A DNA stretch of 64,000 nucleotides, taken from Stegostoma tigrinum (Eukaryota). The translations under genes were made by a program, and so were the position numbers. Shown here piece after piece: positions 13,346-25,800 of the stretch. The notes under the pieces were generated by a model that saw only the letters and a program-made list of their open reading frames with translations, was not told the origin of the DNA and did not search any database. Positions within the stretch are counted from its first letter, which is position 1. The number at the start of each line of letters is the position of its first letter. The stretch covers positions 51,009,598-51,073,597 of the forward strand of contig NC_081369.1 of NCBI RefSeq assembly GCF_030684315.1, read 5' to 3'.

Positions 13346-14930
13346 TGAAAAAAATAAAACCACAATCAATTTAAAACGTAACATGCCGGAGCAAGGAAGT
13401 CTGGGATCAGAATCCTAGCCGGGACCAAAGCTGGGCCAAGCCTGCAAGATCAGAAAAATGGAACACGATGAGACAGCAAGCAGAGAACGTTGAATGTCAG
13501 TCCAGACCATGTGAGTGGTCCTGTACCACACACCCAAGGGGTGGAACAAACTGGCACCTGGCTTGCAATTAACGGTCCAAAATAAGCATCCATTCACTAA
13601 CACAGGGAAATGTACCAGACATGTGGCTTACAGGGATACATCAAATGTGCGGAAACTGATGATGGGCAAAGGACATGGTTTTATTTTTAGGCACAGGATT
13701 TCACCCAACATAATTAGAAGGAATAATTGCAGCCATGAATGTGCCTCATTCTGTCCTTCTTTCTCAGCAGAAAGATATAATTGTTACAGACTGTACTTTT
13801 GTCAATGAATGTTAAGCTTGCAATAAATTGTTTTTATATGCTTTTTTTAGTAAATAAGATTATGGGTAAATTTTTCCTGTTTTGGCTAAGTGTCAGTTTC
13901 AGGGAGTGTCCCAGACGGTTTCCCTTTGTCCCCCTTTGTGAATTTTCTCACATGCTTCTCCATTACCCACCTGAATAAGTATGCATCCTGCCTCCAGAAT
14001 ATCAATTTTGCACTCAGTAATAACAGAAGTGCTCACCAGTGCCATGACTTTATGATGCTGACGCCCTGGGTGACATACTTGAATATGAGTTGCACATCAT
14101 TTCACACATTACAAGGCAGGAACGACTACCGTGCCGTTCAAAGTGACGTAGCTGAGTGTAGAAAGTTGACACCCTGCTTTGCATACAGCAACCTGGATGT
14201 CCATGTGGACAAGATGGTGGAGAGCAGGGCTGTCCTCCTCCTCCAGCTCAATGTGGTGTATTCTTGATCCAAAGGAAAGTGCGACATTGTTGCAAGAAGC
14301 TTCATGACCTTCTGCACTCTGCAAGGACAAATGCCACCATTTCCTCTCTGCTACTTCAGACTTACCGTCACTGACACTGCAGAAATCTTTCACCAAGGTT
14401 CATAGTCTACCACCCTCACTTTATATTGCATCTTTTCTCAATAGTTCTCATGCACCAAATTTTCCACAAACTATTAAGGCATCATGCCCTCTGCGCTTCA
14501 TGTTCACTCTTTCTGAACATCTTTCCTGACAGAGGATGAATTGACTGATGACAGTCCTCCTTTGACTGCATGAAGGACCACTCCTCTCAGACTTTCAGAC
14601 ATGGCCATTTGGTTGAAAAATGTACAGTATGTTTGCTACATAAATTGCTGCCATATATTGTGACAGTGATGCAGATGGAAGACAGTCCCTTAATGGTTCA
14701 GAGCTGGCAAGCATGATACGCTGCCTAACTTTCGGTTTGCACTAAAGGGCTAGGAAGTTAGAGATGCTGTGTGTTTCCAAACAGCTACAAAGTGAGTGAC
14801 AACAAAGAGCCCTGAGATGCGTTGTGTTGCAATATATGAGATGGTTGCCTGTCCCTTCCCTCGAGGTGGCGTGGCAGCTGCCTTGTGACGTAAGATCTTA
14901 GTAAGTGCAGTGCTGAATTGTCTTTTACAT

Positions 14931-15880
14931 ATAAAAACTGAAAGAACTACGGATGCTGGAAACCTGAAACAAAGCAGAAATTGCTGGAAAATCTCACTAG
15001 GTCCAATAACTTCTGTGGAAAGAAATCTGAGTTAACAACATTTCAGGTTCAGTGACCTTCAGAACTGATGGTAGCTATGAAAAGGAGGGTTTTATGCAGA
15101 TGACAAGGTGCGTGGAGGAGAGTGAAGTGAATGTCGGGTGGAGATAGAGCCCAAGGAGAGAAAAAAAACAGTTGGACAGACAAGAGAATGGATAAAATGG
15201 TTAAAAAGAATGAATAGCTGCTAATGGGGACAATTAGTGGCTGACATTGGGTTGTGTGTAATAGTACACCATGTGATGACAAGGCATTTTGGGGGTGGGA
15301 GAAAGCATGGGACAAGGTGCTCAAGCCCTAAAATTATTAAATTTGATAGAATCTAAGTCAAAGTCTGCAGGGTTCCCAAGCAAAAAATGAGGTGCTGTTC
15401 TTCCAACTTGCACTGAGCCTCCATTACCTCCAGCAGGGTGCTACCACCGGACACATAATTTCCCTTCCCAACCCATCGGCATTTTGCAATGACCATTCCC
15501 TCCAGGATACCTTGGTCCACTTCTCCTTTGCTCCCAACATCCCCCACCTCCTATGGCACCTTCTTCTGCAATTGTACAAGGTGTAACACTTGGCTAATTA
15601 CTTCCGCTCGCCTCATTATCTAAGGTCCCAAGCACAATTTCCAAGTGAAGCAGTGCTTTATATGCACTTCTCTTGAACTATTCTATTGCAGTCACTGCTC
15701 ACAATGTGGTCTCCTCTCCTGAAGTGCAAACTGGTTGACTGCTTCATAGAACATTTATGTCCTGTCTGCAAAATAGAATCGCGTGCTTCCAGTTGCTTGT
15801 CACTTCAACAGACCACTATGTTCCTTGGCCAACATCTCAGTCTCAGGCTTGCTGTGGTGCTCCAGTGAAGCACAGCACTT
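14931..15880. mobile_element. Older Penelope-like element with internal inversion (minus arm 14931-15420, plus arm 15421-15880)
   Basis: Minus arm has PLE tail and EAQCKLEEQHLIFCLGTLQ; plus arm has degenerate linker/GIY-YIG (KLVDCFIEHL, PVACHFN, ISVSGLLWCSSEAQH). Confidence 0.8.
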
Positions 15881-17829
15881 GATTGCGGAAGATGTTCTGG
15901 AAATATTATTCCAGATATTTTTCAAGTATTTTCTAGGAAGCCAAATGTATTTGACATATGTAATAATCTATATGAGGTTGTTTAAGAATAGATTCTGAAA
16001 TGATCCTATGTCATCTGACTATACTGTATGTAATTACTAAACATTTCCTGAGAACATCACTAGAAGTTTAATTTTAAGCCATATTGTGTCATTTTTGGAA
16101 AGGTTCAGAATTTAAGATTCTCTATTTGTTGTACTGTATCTTTGAATGACAAGTTCATGCATATACATTTTTATTCAAAATTAGCAAATCAAAGAGCTGA
16201 TGTAGGTCTAAGACTTCCTTGTTGCATATTTCTATTGTTTTCATGCACTGTCTTATGCTGTATTTAAGCTGCATCCATGAAGGTAAAAATTAACACGTTG
16301 GCATAGACACTGTGTCAGAACTGGAAGCATGAAGGTAAATGAGCCCATTTTATAAGTGTAAGCAAAGGAGAAGAAGGGCAGCAAGCAAAAGTCAAAAATT
16401 GTGTATGCTAACTACTGTCACAAGAGGGCAGTTAGAGAGTTTAATGATCTGTGAATTGGTTTTTGCAAAGGCTTCAAAGTAGTGAAAAAGTGTTGGATGA
16501 CATATAAAGTTCATCTCAGTCAAGCAGCCAAAAGGCATTTGAAAGCCAAGTGGATAGTAAAACAGTTGAGTCACGTAGTGATGCATAATTACTCCAGTGT
16601 CAATGTGTACCAGAGGAATTTTTGATCTACCTTTGGAAACTTTAGTTACCATTTTGACCTTCATAGATTTCACAGCTTTTTGCCTGTTTGAACTGCAATG
16701 GCAGCTATTTCTGTTGCCGTAAGCGAAGCCAAGCACTACAAGGTTGGGATTTCCTGGCATTGTACAAAGAGGAATGGGAAATCTCCCCATGCAGCACTGA
16801 CCCATTGAAGCTGTGGGAACAGACACTACTGTGACACAGCAGGCACAGGTAAAGGGGAGCAGAAAGTACTTGAAAATAGTACAAAATACGACAAAAAAAA
16901 AAGGTGGTGCCAATTCATAACAGGTCAGTTACATCTGTAAAGGAATAACAATGTACAATATTTCAGGAGTCTAGTGTTCATCATAACTCATGTAGTTAAC
17001 TAACTGGAAAGATAACCACAGAGATTGAATAGGAGATCAACTTTGCCTCTATTATTCTTTAACCAAAGGTACAGCTCAGCTTACTATTGACACTGTTGCG
17101 TAAAATGATGATTCTGAAGGGGTTAGTATTCATGTTACATTGACTCCACTCATTGTACTGATGTCACACACAACCTGAGACTGGAGAAAAGGCGTTCTAC
17201 TACGCCAGCTTTCAGAGTGATCAGATGTATCTGTACCAGCTCCTTAAGGTCCTAGAAATTATACCAAACGTAATTGTACTTATTACTATCATGCAATCAA
17301 TCTTTGTATTGCTTCAAAACAGCGCATCTTCTGTGGATACGCTGCAGTGGAGTACCCGCTATCAGTAATCACTAGATACGCCCAAGACAAAGAAAGAATG
17401 GTGAATTATTTCAAACAACCCTTTGTGCAATGGTTAGCTTTCTTCACAATACGTTATCTGCCTCCTCGCCAATGATTTCAGATTTTTTAAGAAAAAAATT
17501 GCAAATTCTCGAATACTACAACTACTCTAAGGTTTTGAAGTCTAAAATTTCAGCCACAATGTAAGAGATTGACTTCTACATGTGTAACAGTTTTGCTGAG
17601 TTGAAATCCAGCCTCTCTGCTCTGTCTTGCTACCACAGAATTGCCAGATTGGAGACAATGCCTACCAACCCCACCCCTGAAAGTAGTAGAGAACGAGCCT
17701 TGAAATGTGCAGACTTAACTAATTGAATTGCCACTTTACTGGTGTGCTATGAGAGGTGTTTGCATCAAAGTGTGAATGTTTCAGCAATAAGCAGGTGGTA
17801 AAAGTACAGAAGTGGTTTTTTTTTGCTGA

Positions 17830-17935
17830 AGGTCAAGAGCAGACTTATGCATGAGGCACATGAAAAATTAATTATTTTTTGGCCAAAGGTTGGGAGTTAA
17901 CTTATACATGAGAGCAACCATGATTCAACTATACG
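17830..17935 (+). mobile_element. Possible Tc1/pogo (Tigger-like) MITE terminus relic
   Basis: Repeated (G/A)ACTTAT(G/A)CATGAG motif resembling subterminal repeats of such elements; degenerate. Confidence 0.3.
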
Positions 17936-18774
17936 CAATTTGTTATTTATAAAACTAAATATTTGTTTAAAGAACAACTATTGCAGAAATTAATTGAAAT
18001 GTCGGAAATAGAATGTAATAGAGTACCATTGAGGAGGACCATGCAGAAGGTTTAATGGTAAAAAACATCTTTAAACATAAAACCTCCATAGAAATGCAAT
18101 CTGTACTGCTGGTTCCGGCATCTGAGAAAATGCAGCTATGGAAAAGTTACTTTTTATGGACTTCAAATTACAAATAAGTTAACTTGGGAATTGTTCATTG
18201 TAGATTAAATTGAAAGACCTGCATTGTTACTGCACTTTTTGTGTTTTCAAGAAACATGTCAAATTAAAATGTAAAGTCACCTTAGTCCTACTAGACCAGA
18301 TGGTTGCTCTCTCTCAGTAGTGAGAGATGACGGGGGGTGATTTAACCTGAGGGCCACCACATTGCAGGCGAGAGGAGAGGTTGAGGAAGAGAGTCTTTCA
18401 TGTTATTTCCATTGTAGAGTTACCTTTGGACTATTATTTAAGCAAATGCGGTTGACACTTTGTACATGGTAAGTCTCCACAAAATGCAAAACCTTTGTGA
18501 CGGACTGATTTTGTGATATTGGAAAAGGAGAATTGTTAGATTTTACAAAAGTACTGAAACCATGAGGAAAGCAAACATAACACACCACCCAAAGCATAAT
18601 ATCTCAGGCAAAGGCACGCTTCCTCTGAAAATGCACTCGGAAGTCATTTAATACAGAGATGCGTTTGGACTGATAATTTCCTGAGATGTGAAGAGTTGCA
18701 GTTAAGACAAGACACCAAAAAGTAAAGCATTTTCAAGTGTCAAACTGTTTTGTTGAAAACTGCTCAGTCTTTAT

Positions 18775-18990
18775 AACAAATTGTGAGGCTGGATGAACAC
18801 AGCAAGCCCAGCAGCAACCCAGGAGCACAAAAGCTGACGTTTCGGGCCTAGACCCTTCATCAGAGACGGTGAAGGGTCTAGGCCCAAAACGTCAGCTTTT
18901 GTGCTGCTGGGATGCTGCTGGGCCTGCTGTGTTCATCCAGCCTCACATTTTGTTATCTTGGATTCTCCAGCATCTGCAGTTCCCATTATC
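18775..18990. mobile_element. Palindromic mini-Penelope insertion with 16-bp TSD
   Basis: Two inverted PLE 3' ends plus ~34-nt tail; ACTGCTCAGTCTTTAT at 18759-18774 and 18991-19006. Confidence 0.92.
18836..18863 (-). ncRNA. Hammerhead ribozyme core in mini-PLE
   Basis: rc = CTGATGAAGGGTCTAGGCCCGAAACGTC. Confidence 0.65.
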
Positions 18991-20765
18991 ACTGCTCAGT
19001 CTTTATGTTGTTTTTGTAGTATCTGCTTTTGCTAGAAACTCTTGATAGTCGGCAATTTCATAAGGTTTAAGTATGCATCGTTCATGTCGATGTTTTTAGC
19101 AAAATTAGCTGTGAATGTATAAGTAGCCTCACAATCAGATTCGCTGATTACCAAAACCGATTAAAAAATGGTTACGTAACATCTAAATTTGTCCGAGGGG
19201 CTATTTGGAAGAAGTCCAGAGAACTGCAGGTACCAGATGAAATGATTTTCTGAATTAATTCTGCCCAACACACACATAACTATTTGCCTTACAGGTAACC
19301 TCAATGGGGAAACTAAATAGATCGTGATAGACTGAAGAAAACTTGGAATGGCTAAAAGGCTAAATGTAAACTTAAAAAGAAATATATCTACAGCTTTTGT
19401 GATGGCATTCATTGGCCTCTGTAGACACCTGAAAAATCATTTGACTGATTGAAATGAATTTCTCGGATTATGGGTACAAGATATCAATCTCAGTATTGAA
19501 ACACAGCCTGTGTTGGGCTGCTTCATAATTGTCTTGGCTAAGTTAGCAGCGTGCCAAATCCACTTATAATTGTGCATAGGCCTTAATCTGCTAAATCCAT
19601 CATCATGGTGTCCATGTAATACCAATTAAACAAGTGCAACAATGTTGACGTTCTGCTCCAATGTCTCATGAGCATCCTGAGTGCCATCACTCTTTCAGAT
19701 ATTTATTTAACAAATATGATGGCAAGAAATAAATTGAACCGGAAGTATTAAACACTGCAATAATTATGAAAATAATTTGTTTGTCCCGAATTACATTCTA
19801 TAATTACAAAATTGTAGGTAGAGGTGGATGTGGAGGTGGTGGGGATGAATGGGTGTCAGGCCCAGGTTGAAGGAGAAAAGAAATTTGAAGATCATTTGCA
19901 CTGGTACATGTACCCACTTTTGATATAGAAAATGTCGATCTGTACCCAGTTTACAAATGATATTTGTTCTGATGCTTGGCCAGCAGTGCAATTAAATTTT
20001 GATTGACAGTTAGAAGTGTAAACAGCATAGTAATACTACATTAAATTCATCTAAGAACTTTCCATTTGAGCAGCTCATAAACTAAATCATTATTTGTTGA
20101 AATTACTGCATTAGGTGAAAGTTACAGTGTCAATTTCAGCAAACCAGAAGTGGAGGGAAGGACTTATAATTCCTGTAAATACACATATAAATGTAGTGTT
20201 CTATCCATCCTCCATTCATGGGGAATGGAGGCAACATGCCAGAACTGTTGGTTTAAACTGACTGAGTAGTTGAAATTAGCTTTTTTATTTTGCAAAGAAT
20301 TCAAATATTTCTTTTTACCAGCGTTTTGAGGGACACATTCTATAATGCTGCCCATTTATTGCTTGTCAAATAAAAACAAGTCAGTAAGTAATTTTGGCCA
20401 AATAAACTTTTGTGCTTTTTGCATCAGACTTACTATATTAGAATTAATTGAATCACACAGCAAAGAAGACCATTCAGCCTCTCATACCTGTGACAAGCTC
20501 TTTAATTGTGACACTTATTTTAAATCAATGATGTCTGGTTACTGACCCATTTTCCAGATGAAATAATATTACCTTTACTGCTCATTAGAAACCTCCTAAT
20601 ATTGAATGTCTGTAAATAATCTCTCCTCAACGTCTCTGGTTTAAAGAGAGGAATTTCAACTTCTCCATTCTCTCCACAAAACTCCTTCACCAGCATCATC
20701 CTGATAATCTAGCCTGTAGCTTCTCCATTAACTCCATTGTTTGAATATAGGGCCCTGAATTGTAT

Positions 20766-20828
20766 CAGTTTTTGTGCTCCTAAGATGCTGCTTGGCCTGC
20801 TGTGTTCATCCAGCTTCACACTTTATTA
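20766..20828 (+). mobile_element. 63-bp Penelope fragment with 13-bp TSD
   Basis: Matches PLE 3' segment; CCCTGAATTGTAT at 20753-20765 and 20829-20841. Confidence 0.85.
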
Positions 20829-21044
20829 CCCTGAATTGTATGCTGTGTTTTAGTTGTGAACTAAATGGTGATGTACAGAGATTCAGCATGACTTCCTTTT
20901 TTTTTGATCACTGCCTCTATTTACACAGCCAGTATGCTTCCTTCACCAGCTAGCACAATCTTTCTGCTTTCAAAGTATATGCATAGGCATCAACAGGTTA
21001 ATCTGTTCTTGCATCCTTCTTAAAATGGTACCATTTAGATCATA

Positions 21045-21292
21045 AGTAAAAACTGAAAGAACTGCGGATGCTGTAAATCAGGAACAAAAACAAAGTTGCT
21101 GGAAAAGCTTAGCAGGTCTAGCAGCATCTGTGAAGGGAAAAACAGAGTTAATGTTTCAGGTTTGGAGATCCTTCCTCAAAGGATGAAGGGTTCTGAGGAA
21201 GGGTCACCAGACCTGAAACGTTAACTCTGTTTTTTTCCTTCACGATGCTGCCAGACCTGCTGAGCTTTTCCAGCAACTTTGTTTTTGTTCAT
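21045..21292. mobile_element. Palindromic mini-Penelope insertion (second family) with 13-bp TSD
   Basis: Inverted arms 21082-21180 / 21191-21290, 37-nt tail 21045-21081; CATTTAGATCATA at 21032-21044 and 21293-21305. Confidence 0.9.
21188..21227 (+). ncRNA. Type-I hammerhead ribozyme motif (second PLE family)
   Basis: GGGTT-CTGAGGA-A-GGGTC ACCA GACCT-GAAAC-GTT-AACTC: 5-bp stem I, 5-bp stem II, palindromic AACGTT stem III. Confidence 0.75.
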
Positions 21293-22202
21293 CATTTAGA
21301 TCATACTGCTTCTCCATACTCGTTCTCTCAATATGCACTAATTAACACAAATCTGCAAAAAATTGCATCTGTCATTTTACCAATCTGTCAACAACTTCCT
21401 AAAATCTACTACCGTCATGTTCACTTTTTACTGGAATAAAAAGTGAGCAACATTGGCAAGTTGTGTATTAACAGCAAACTTTAACATTGCACATTATATC
21501 TGTGTTGCAGAAGTTTGCATGTAACAAGGAATGTAATTGTCCTAATCTTGACCTCCAGCAAAAAGTGAACATGTCAGTAGTAGATTTTAGGAAGTTGTTG
21601 ACAGATTGGTAAAATTACTGATGCAATTTTATGTAGATTTGCGTGAAATAATGCACATTGAGAGCAAGAGTATGGAGAAGCAGTATGATCTAAATGATAC
21701 CATTTTGAGAGGGTTGCAAGAACAGATTAACCTGTTGATGCTAATGCACAAATTTTGAAGGTGGAAAGAAATTGCTTGCTGATAAAGAAAGCATACTGGA
21801 TCAGTAAGTCAACCTGCTAAAATAATGATGATATCCAAACTTAAATTGCTTCAGAATCTCAACATTGAGTGCAAACTGCCTTATTTTATGCATTTACATC
21901 TCACCGAAGCCCCAACTCACCTCATTTATACATCATTTTCAATCCCCCTCCTCCTCCTTCCCTGACAAACTAGTTGGCACTCTAATCTGAGCATGTAAAT
22001 CAGAGCGGTTACCTAATGGCTGCCGCTCACTGAATGCTTGACCTGATCATTTGTCTAACTCATTCTCCACAACAAGGCTTCTGCATGCTTCATGAAAACA
22101 ATCTCTTTAATTCTTCATTCAGACAAGCCAACACGAGCAAACCACCAGCCTCATTGCATCATATGGCTGATCTTGATCCGATGCTCATGCCACTTTCAGG
22201 AG

Positions 22203-22520
22203 AGTTGGTAGCCTATTAGTAATTTCGCTGGGCTTGTGATCCAGAACAGGCTGATGTCCTGGAGACATTGGTTCAAATCCCACCATGACGCTTGGCAAAA
22301 TTTGAATTGAATAATATCTGAAATTTAAAAAACGGGTCCAATGGTGACCATGCAACCAGTGTTGATTATTATGAGAACCCTTCTGCTTCATTTGTGTCGT
22401 TGACGGACGTAAATCTGCCATCCATATCAGCCATATGGTTGACACTTAAATGCCCTCATGGCAATTAGGGATGGGTGATAAATGCTGGCCTAGCTAGTGA
22501 TGCACACATGATCAAATAAC
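22203..22520 (+). mobile_element. tRNA-derived SINE with LINE-derived tail
   Basis: B-box-like GGTTCAAATCCC at ~22270 and GGGATGGGTGATAAATGCTGGCC tail. Confidence 0.7.
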
Positions 22521-22540
22521 AGAAATCTTCAGCTCTTCAT

Positions 22541-22898
22541 GGGTGACATGGTGGCTCAGTGGTTAGCAAAGCTGCCTCACAATGCCAGGGACCTAAATTT
22601 GATTCCAACCTTGGGGACTGTTTATATAGAGTTTACAAGTTCTTCACAGTTCTGTGTGAGTTTTCTATGGGTGCTCCAGCTTTGTCTCACTGACCAAAGA
22701 TGTGCAGATTAAGTGGATTGGCAATGCTAAATTGTCCTGTAATGTCCAGGACTGTGCAGATTCAGTGGGTAAGCTGTAGGAAATGTGGAGTTACAAGGAT
22801 AGGGTTGAAGACTGGGTGTGGGTGTTATGCTTTGGGAGGGGTTGGTGCAAATTTGTAGGCCTATTGGCCTCTTTCCAAGCTGAAGCGATTCAATGATT
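22541..22898 (+). mobile_element. tRNA-derived SINE (HE1/V-SINE-like)
   Basis: Head GGTGGCTCAGTGGTTAGCAAAGCTGCCTCACAATGCCAGGGACC; same family as 4586 and 10133. Confidence 0.85.
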
Positions 22899-25800
22899 CA
22901 AAAGTACTTTCGAGATTGAGGCTAGTTGGTATTTGCATGCTACCTTGCACTTTGCAGAGGCATGCATCTCCTGTACCTGCACAAGGACATAGTTGTGATT
23001 CTTATATTGATTTCTTAGCAATCGCTAAGTTTGTGCTTATTGCACGGACTCCAGCCTTGTCTATCAAACATTGTACTTTTGGGGAAAATTAACTGACTCT
23101 TTGGGCAAGGGGTGACTGCTCTGTGAGTTTGGCCTTGTTAGCATGGAAAGCCTGGATGCTCATCCTCCTGGTGCTCTGGAGCCTAAGGGGAGGCAACTGA
23201 GAGTCTCCTGCTCAAATATAGGCTCACACTCCTGGGTTTGAACTTCTGCAGGCTTTCACGTCATAGGATTCGGGATAGGGTGCCTCTGGATGATTCTGAG
23301 AAAAAGCTTCTGGGGGTCCCTTGTGTGGTTGCTCCTCACTATGCAAGTCTCCTGCCATCATCCTGTGTCCATGAAAGGAATGCACACTTGGAGCAGAGTC
23401 AAGGCCCTCGTTCCTGTGGTGCAGGGCTCTGTGCATTTCCGGCAAAGACAGAGTGCACTGGCGCTGGCTGTCTGTGTCCATTGCAAAGCTATTCATGGAG
23501 ACTGCCAGACACACAATGCTAGAGCCAGCATTGTACTGATATGATGTCAGTGGACTGTCCATGCTTTAATCCAGTTTACCCAATACCTCTGATAAATCTG
23601 TCTATCTGCTTAATCATACAACTGGCGTCTTGGACACCATTCTTGGTTGAATTGCAAAATATGCTGTGGAGAGAGTGCCAGGACACTCCAATGTTCATAC
23701 TGCAGGCTGCACATTAGAATATCAGCCGCACACCATTTCAGAACCTGCAAGCTGGGATCTACTCTTTACACTGTGGCTCTTCCATTGTTATGACCAAAGC
23801 AAAGGAAAATATGGATAATACATGGTAAGTGCCTTAGTGCTTTTTGCAGTATTAATTCTTTGTCCAAATTATTTTCTATAAACACCCTTTAATTTGTCTC
23901 AGCTGAAAAATGACGTCAGTGGTGATTTTTGGTGCTCTTATGAACCTTCCAGTATTTGCAAAATAACCTTTCACCTTCGCATCTACAGATCCTATTGGCG
24001 CACTTTCGCCTGTCAGTCATACAACGTGTGACTGGGAAGCTGTCTTACATTTGGAAGCAATGCTCACCCAATTCCCCTGTCTCACTGTTACGTAAGAGCC
24101 ATTCTGGCAGTTTCTGCAGATTTTCCTGTAATGTTACATTTCATCTGTTGGAAGGTCATTTTTTGACTGGCTGAATCTGTCTTTGTACTTACTGCCAAGG
24201 CTTTGTTCTGTTTCTTTTGCGCTTTTCCTCAGACATTTTTTCAATGCATTTAACATTCAAATAAGCCTATGTATCATCATCACATAACTTGACCTGTCAA
24301 AAATATTAATTACACAAACGAAGTGATTTTTCCAATGCTAAATCTCTAGAGTGATGTTGAGTCAAAATAGGAAATATTAAATTTTTTCATTGTTTTCTAA
24401 AGTTCGACTAAAGTTTACAGGATTTCTCATGTCCTGAAACAATGAAAGATATTGCAAATTACTCATTGCCTGCTTTTGCAAATACATATATTGAGGGCTA
24501 ACCAGTGACCAGCTAGACTTTTCCTAGAACCCTATATTTGACCTCAGCCTCTGGCAGGCATTAACCCTGGTACTGTCAACTGGGAAATATTCAATCGATA
24601 AAACTTAGCGTTTGCGCCAAAGTTTATGTTAGCTAATCCTAGCCAAGACTTCTACTGGGTATTTTTTTTTCTTCTAAGGTAGTGATTCTTTCCTTTCTAA
24701 TTAAAATATATATTTTTCTGCCTTCAGCACTACACCAGAAGCTCTATTTCTGTTTGTTTTTTTTGGCATTATAACCTGTCGTTTAATTTTAATTTACAGC
24801 CAACACAAGCAAACAGGTAGCAATTCTTGGTCTGTGCTATGTAACTACTGCTGAAATAATTTTATGTGGGGTTTTCCCTCTTGAACATAACATGAGATGT
24901 TCCTATATAAAAATTAAAATGTGGCACTGCCCATTGCTATACTTCAGTCAAGTTGTCTGTACTTTTCAATTTCTCTCCCCGACATGCTATATTTATCCTC
25001 CTCATCTTTATATTTTCTGAAAGTGTGCTTTGTGAGATTATTCTGCTAAACTTATAAGAGTACTCAAAAAGTTTATAAAAATTCATTTGCAAGAAGTGAA
25101 AATGACAATGTTTGAAAATCAGCTTGTTTTCCCTGTGGCAGGTTCCATTTGTACCAGAAGATGGCACTATTGTTGCATGTTCAAAAATGCAACACAAAAG
25201 TCATCCCATAAAACCTATGTTGATGGAATTCTATAAGGATTTTATTTTTTAATCACTGAAGTTTGACTTTGACCTGCAAAACTTGAAAACCAAACTTTAT
25301 GTGAATACTTAATGGCAGAAATGTCCTCGCATATTGTTCCAGTCAACTGCTATAACATTGACGAAGACTCATTTTATTATCCCCACTGAATGAGGATAAC
25401 TTCTGAAGAAATCTCCAGCATAATATTACATTTCCTTCCAGCAATTGCACCAAAATTAAGTCCAGAAGAAACCAATCTCCCCATTTCATAATTTATTTAT
25501 TAACATATTTTTATCATTTTATTCACACCTTACAAAATACATTTTGAATTTCACTTGCTAATTTTGAGCCATTAGACATTACATATTTTGTTTAAAAAAA
25601 TACCCCTAGCATCAAATAAACACTTTCTGCATGTATTTGAAGGAAAAATAATGGAATAATTCAACATTTAAAAAAAAGTTAAACATTATTTGCTGTAACC
25701 TCTGCATCCATTTGATCATGAACCAGTTTTGCATTAAATGGTATAAAACAAAAAAAACTCAGTCTGTCTGTGTTTAGTCTGTAGTCAGTGGATTGATATA

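Larger units (their letters stand above)
20921..21807. repeat. Old local inverted duplication (~260-bp arms, ~120-bp spacer), left arm interrupted by a mini-PLE
   Basis: 20921-21044 joined to 21306-21435 is the approximate reverse complement of 21554-21807. Confidence 0.88.

Noticed and set aside
13980-14900. Possible Harbinger-type transposon relic (also 23130-23800)
   Set aside because: Composition is suggestive, but I could not recover diagnostic motifs or TIRs
16392-16913. 173-aa ORF
   Set aside because: No recognisable domain or splice context; non-ATG start
22541-22615. tRNA gene
   Set aside because: tRNA-derived SINE head continuing into the SINE body; no complete cloverleaf
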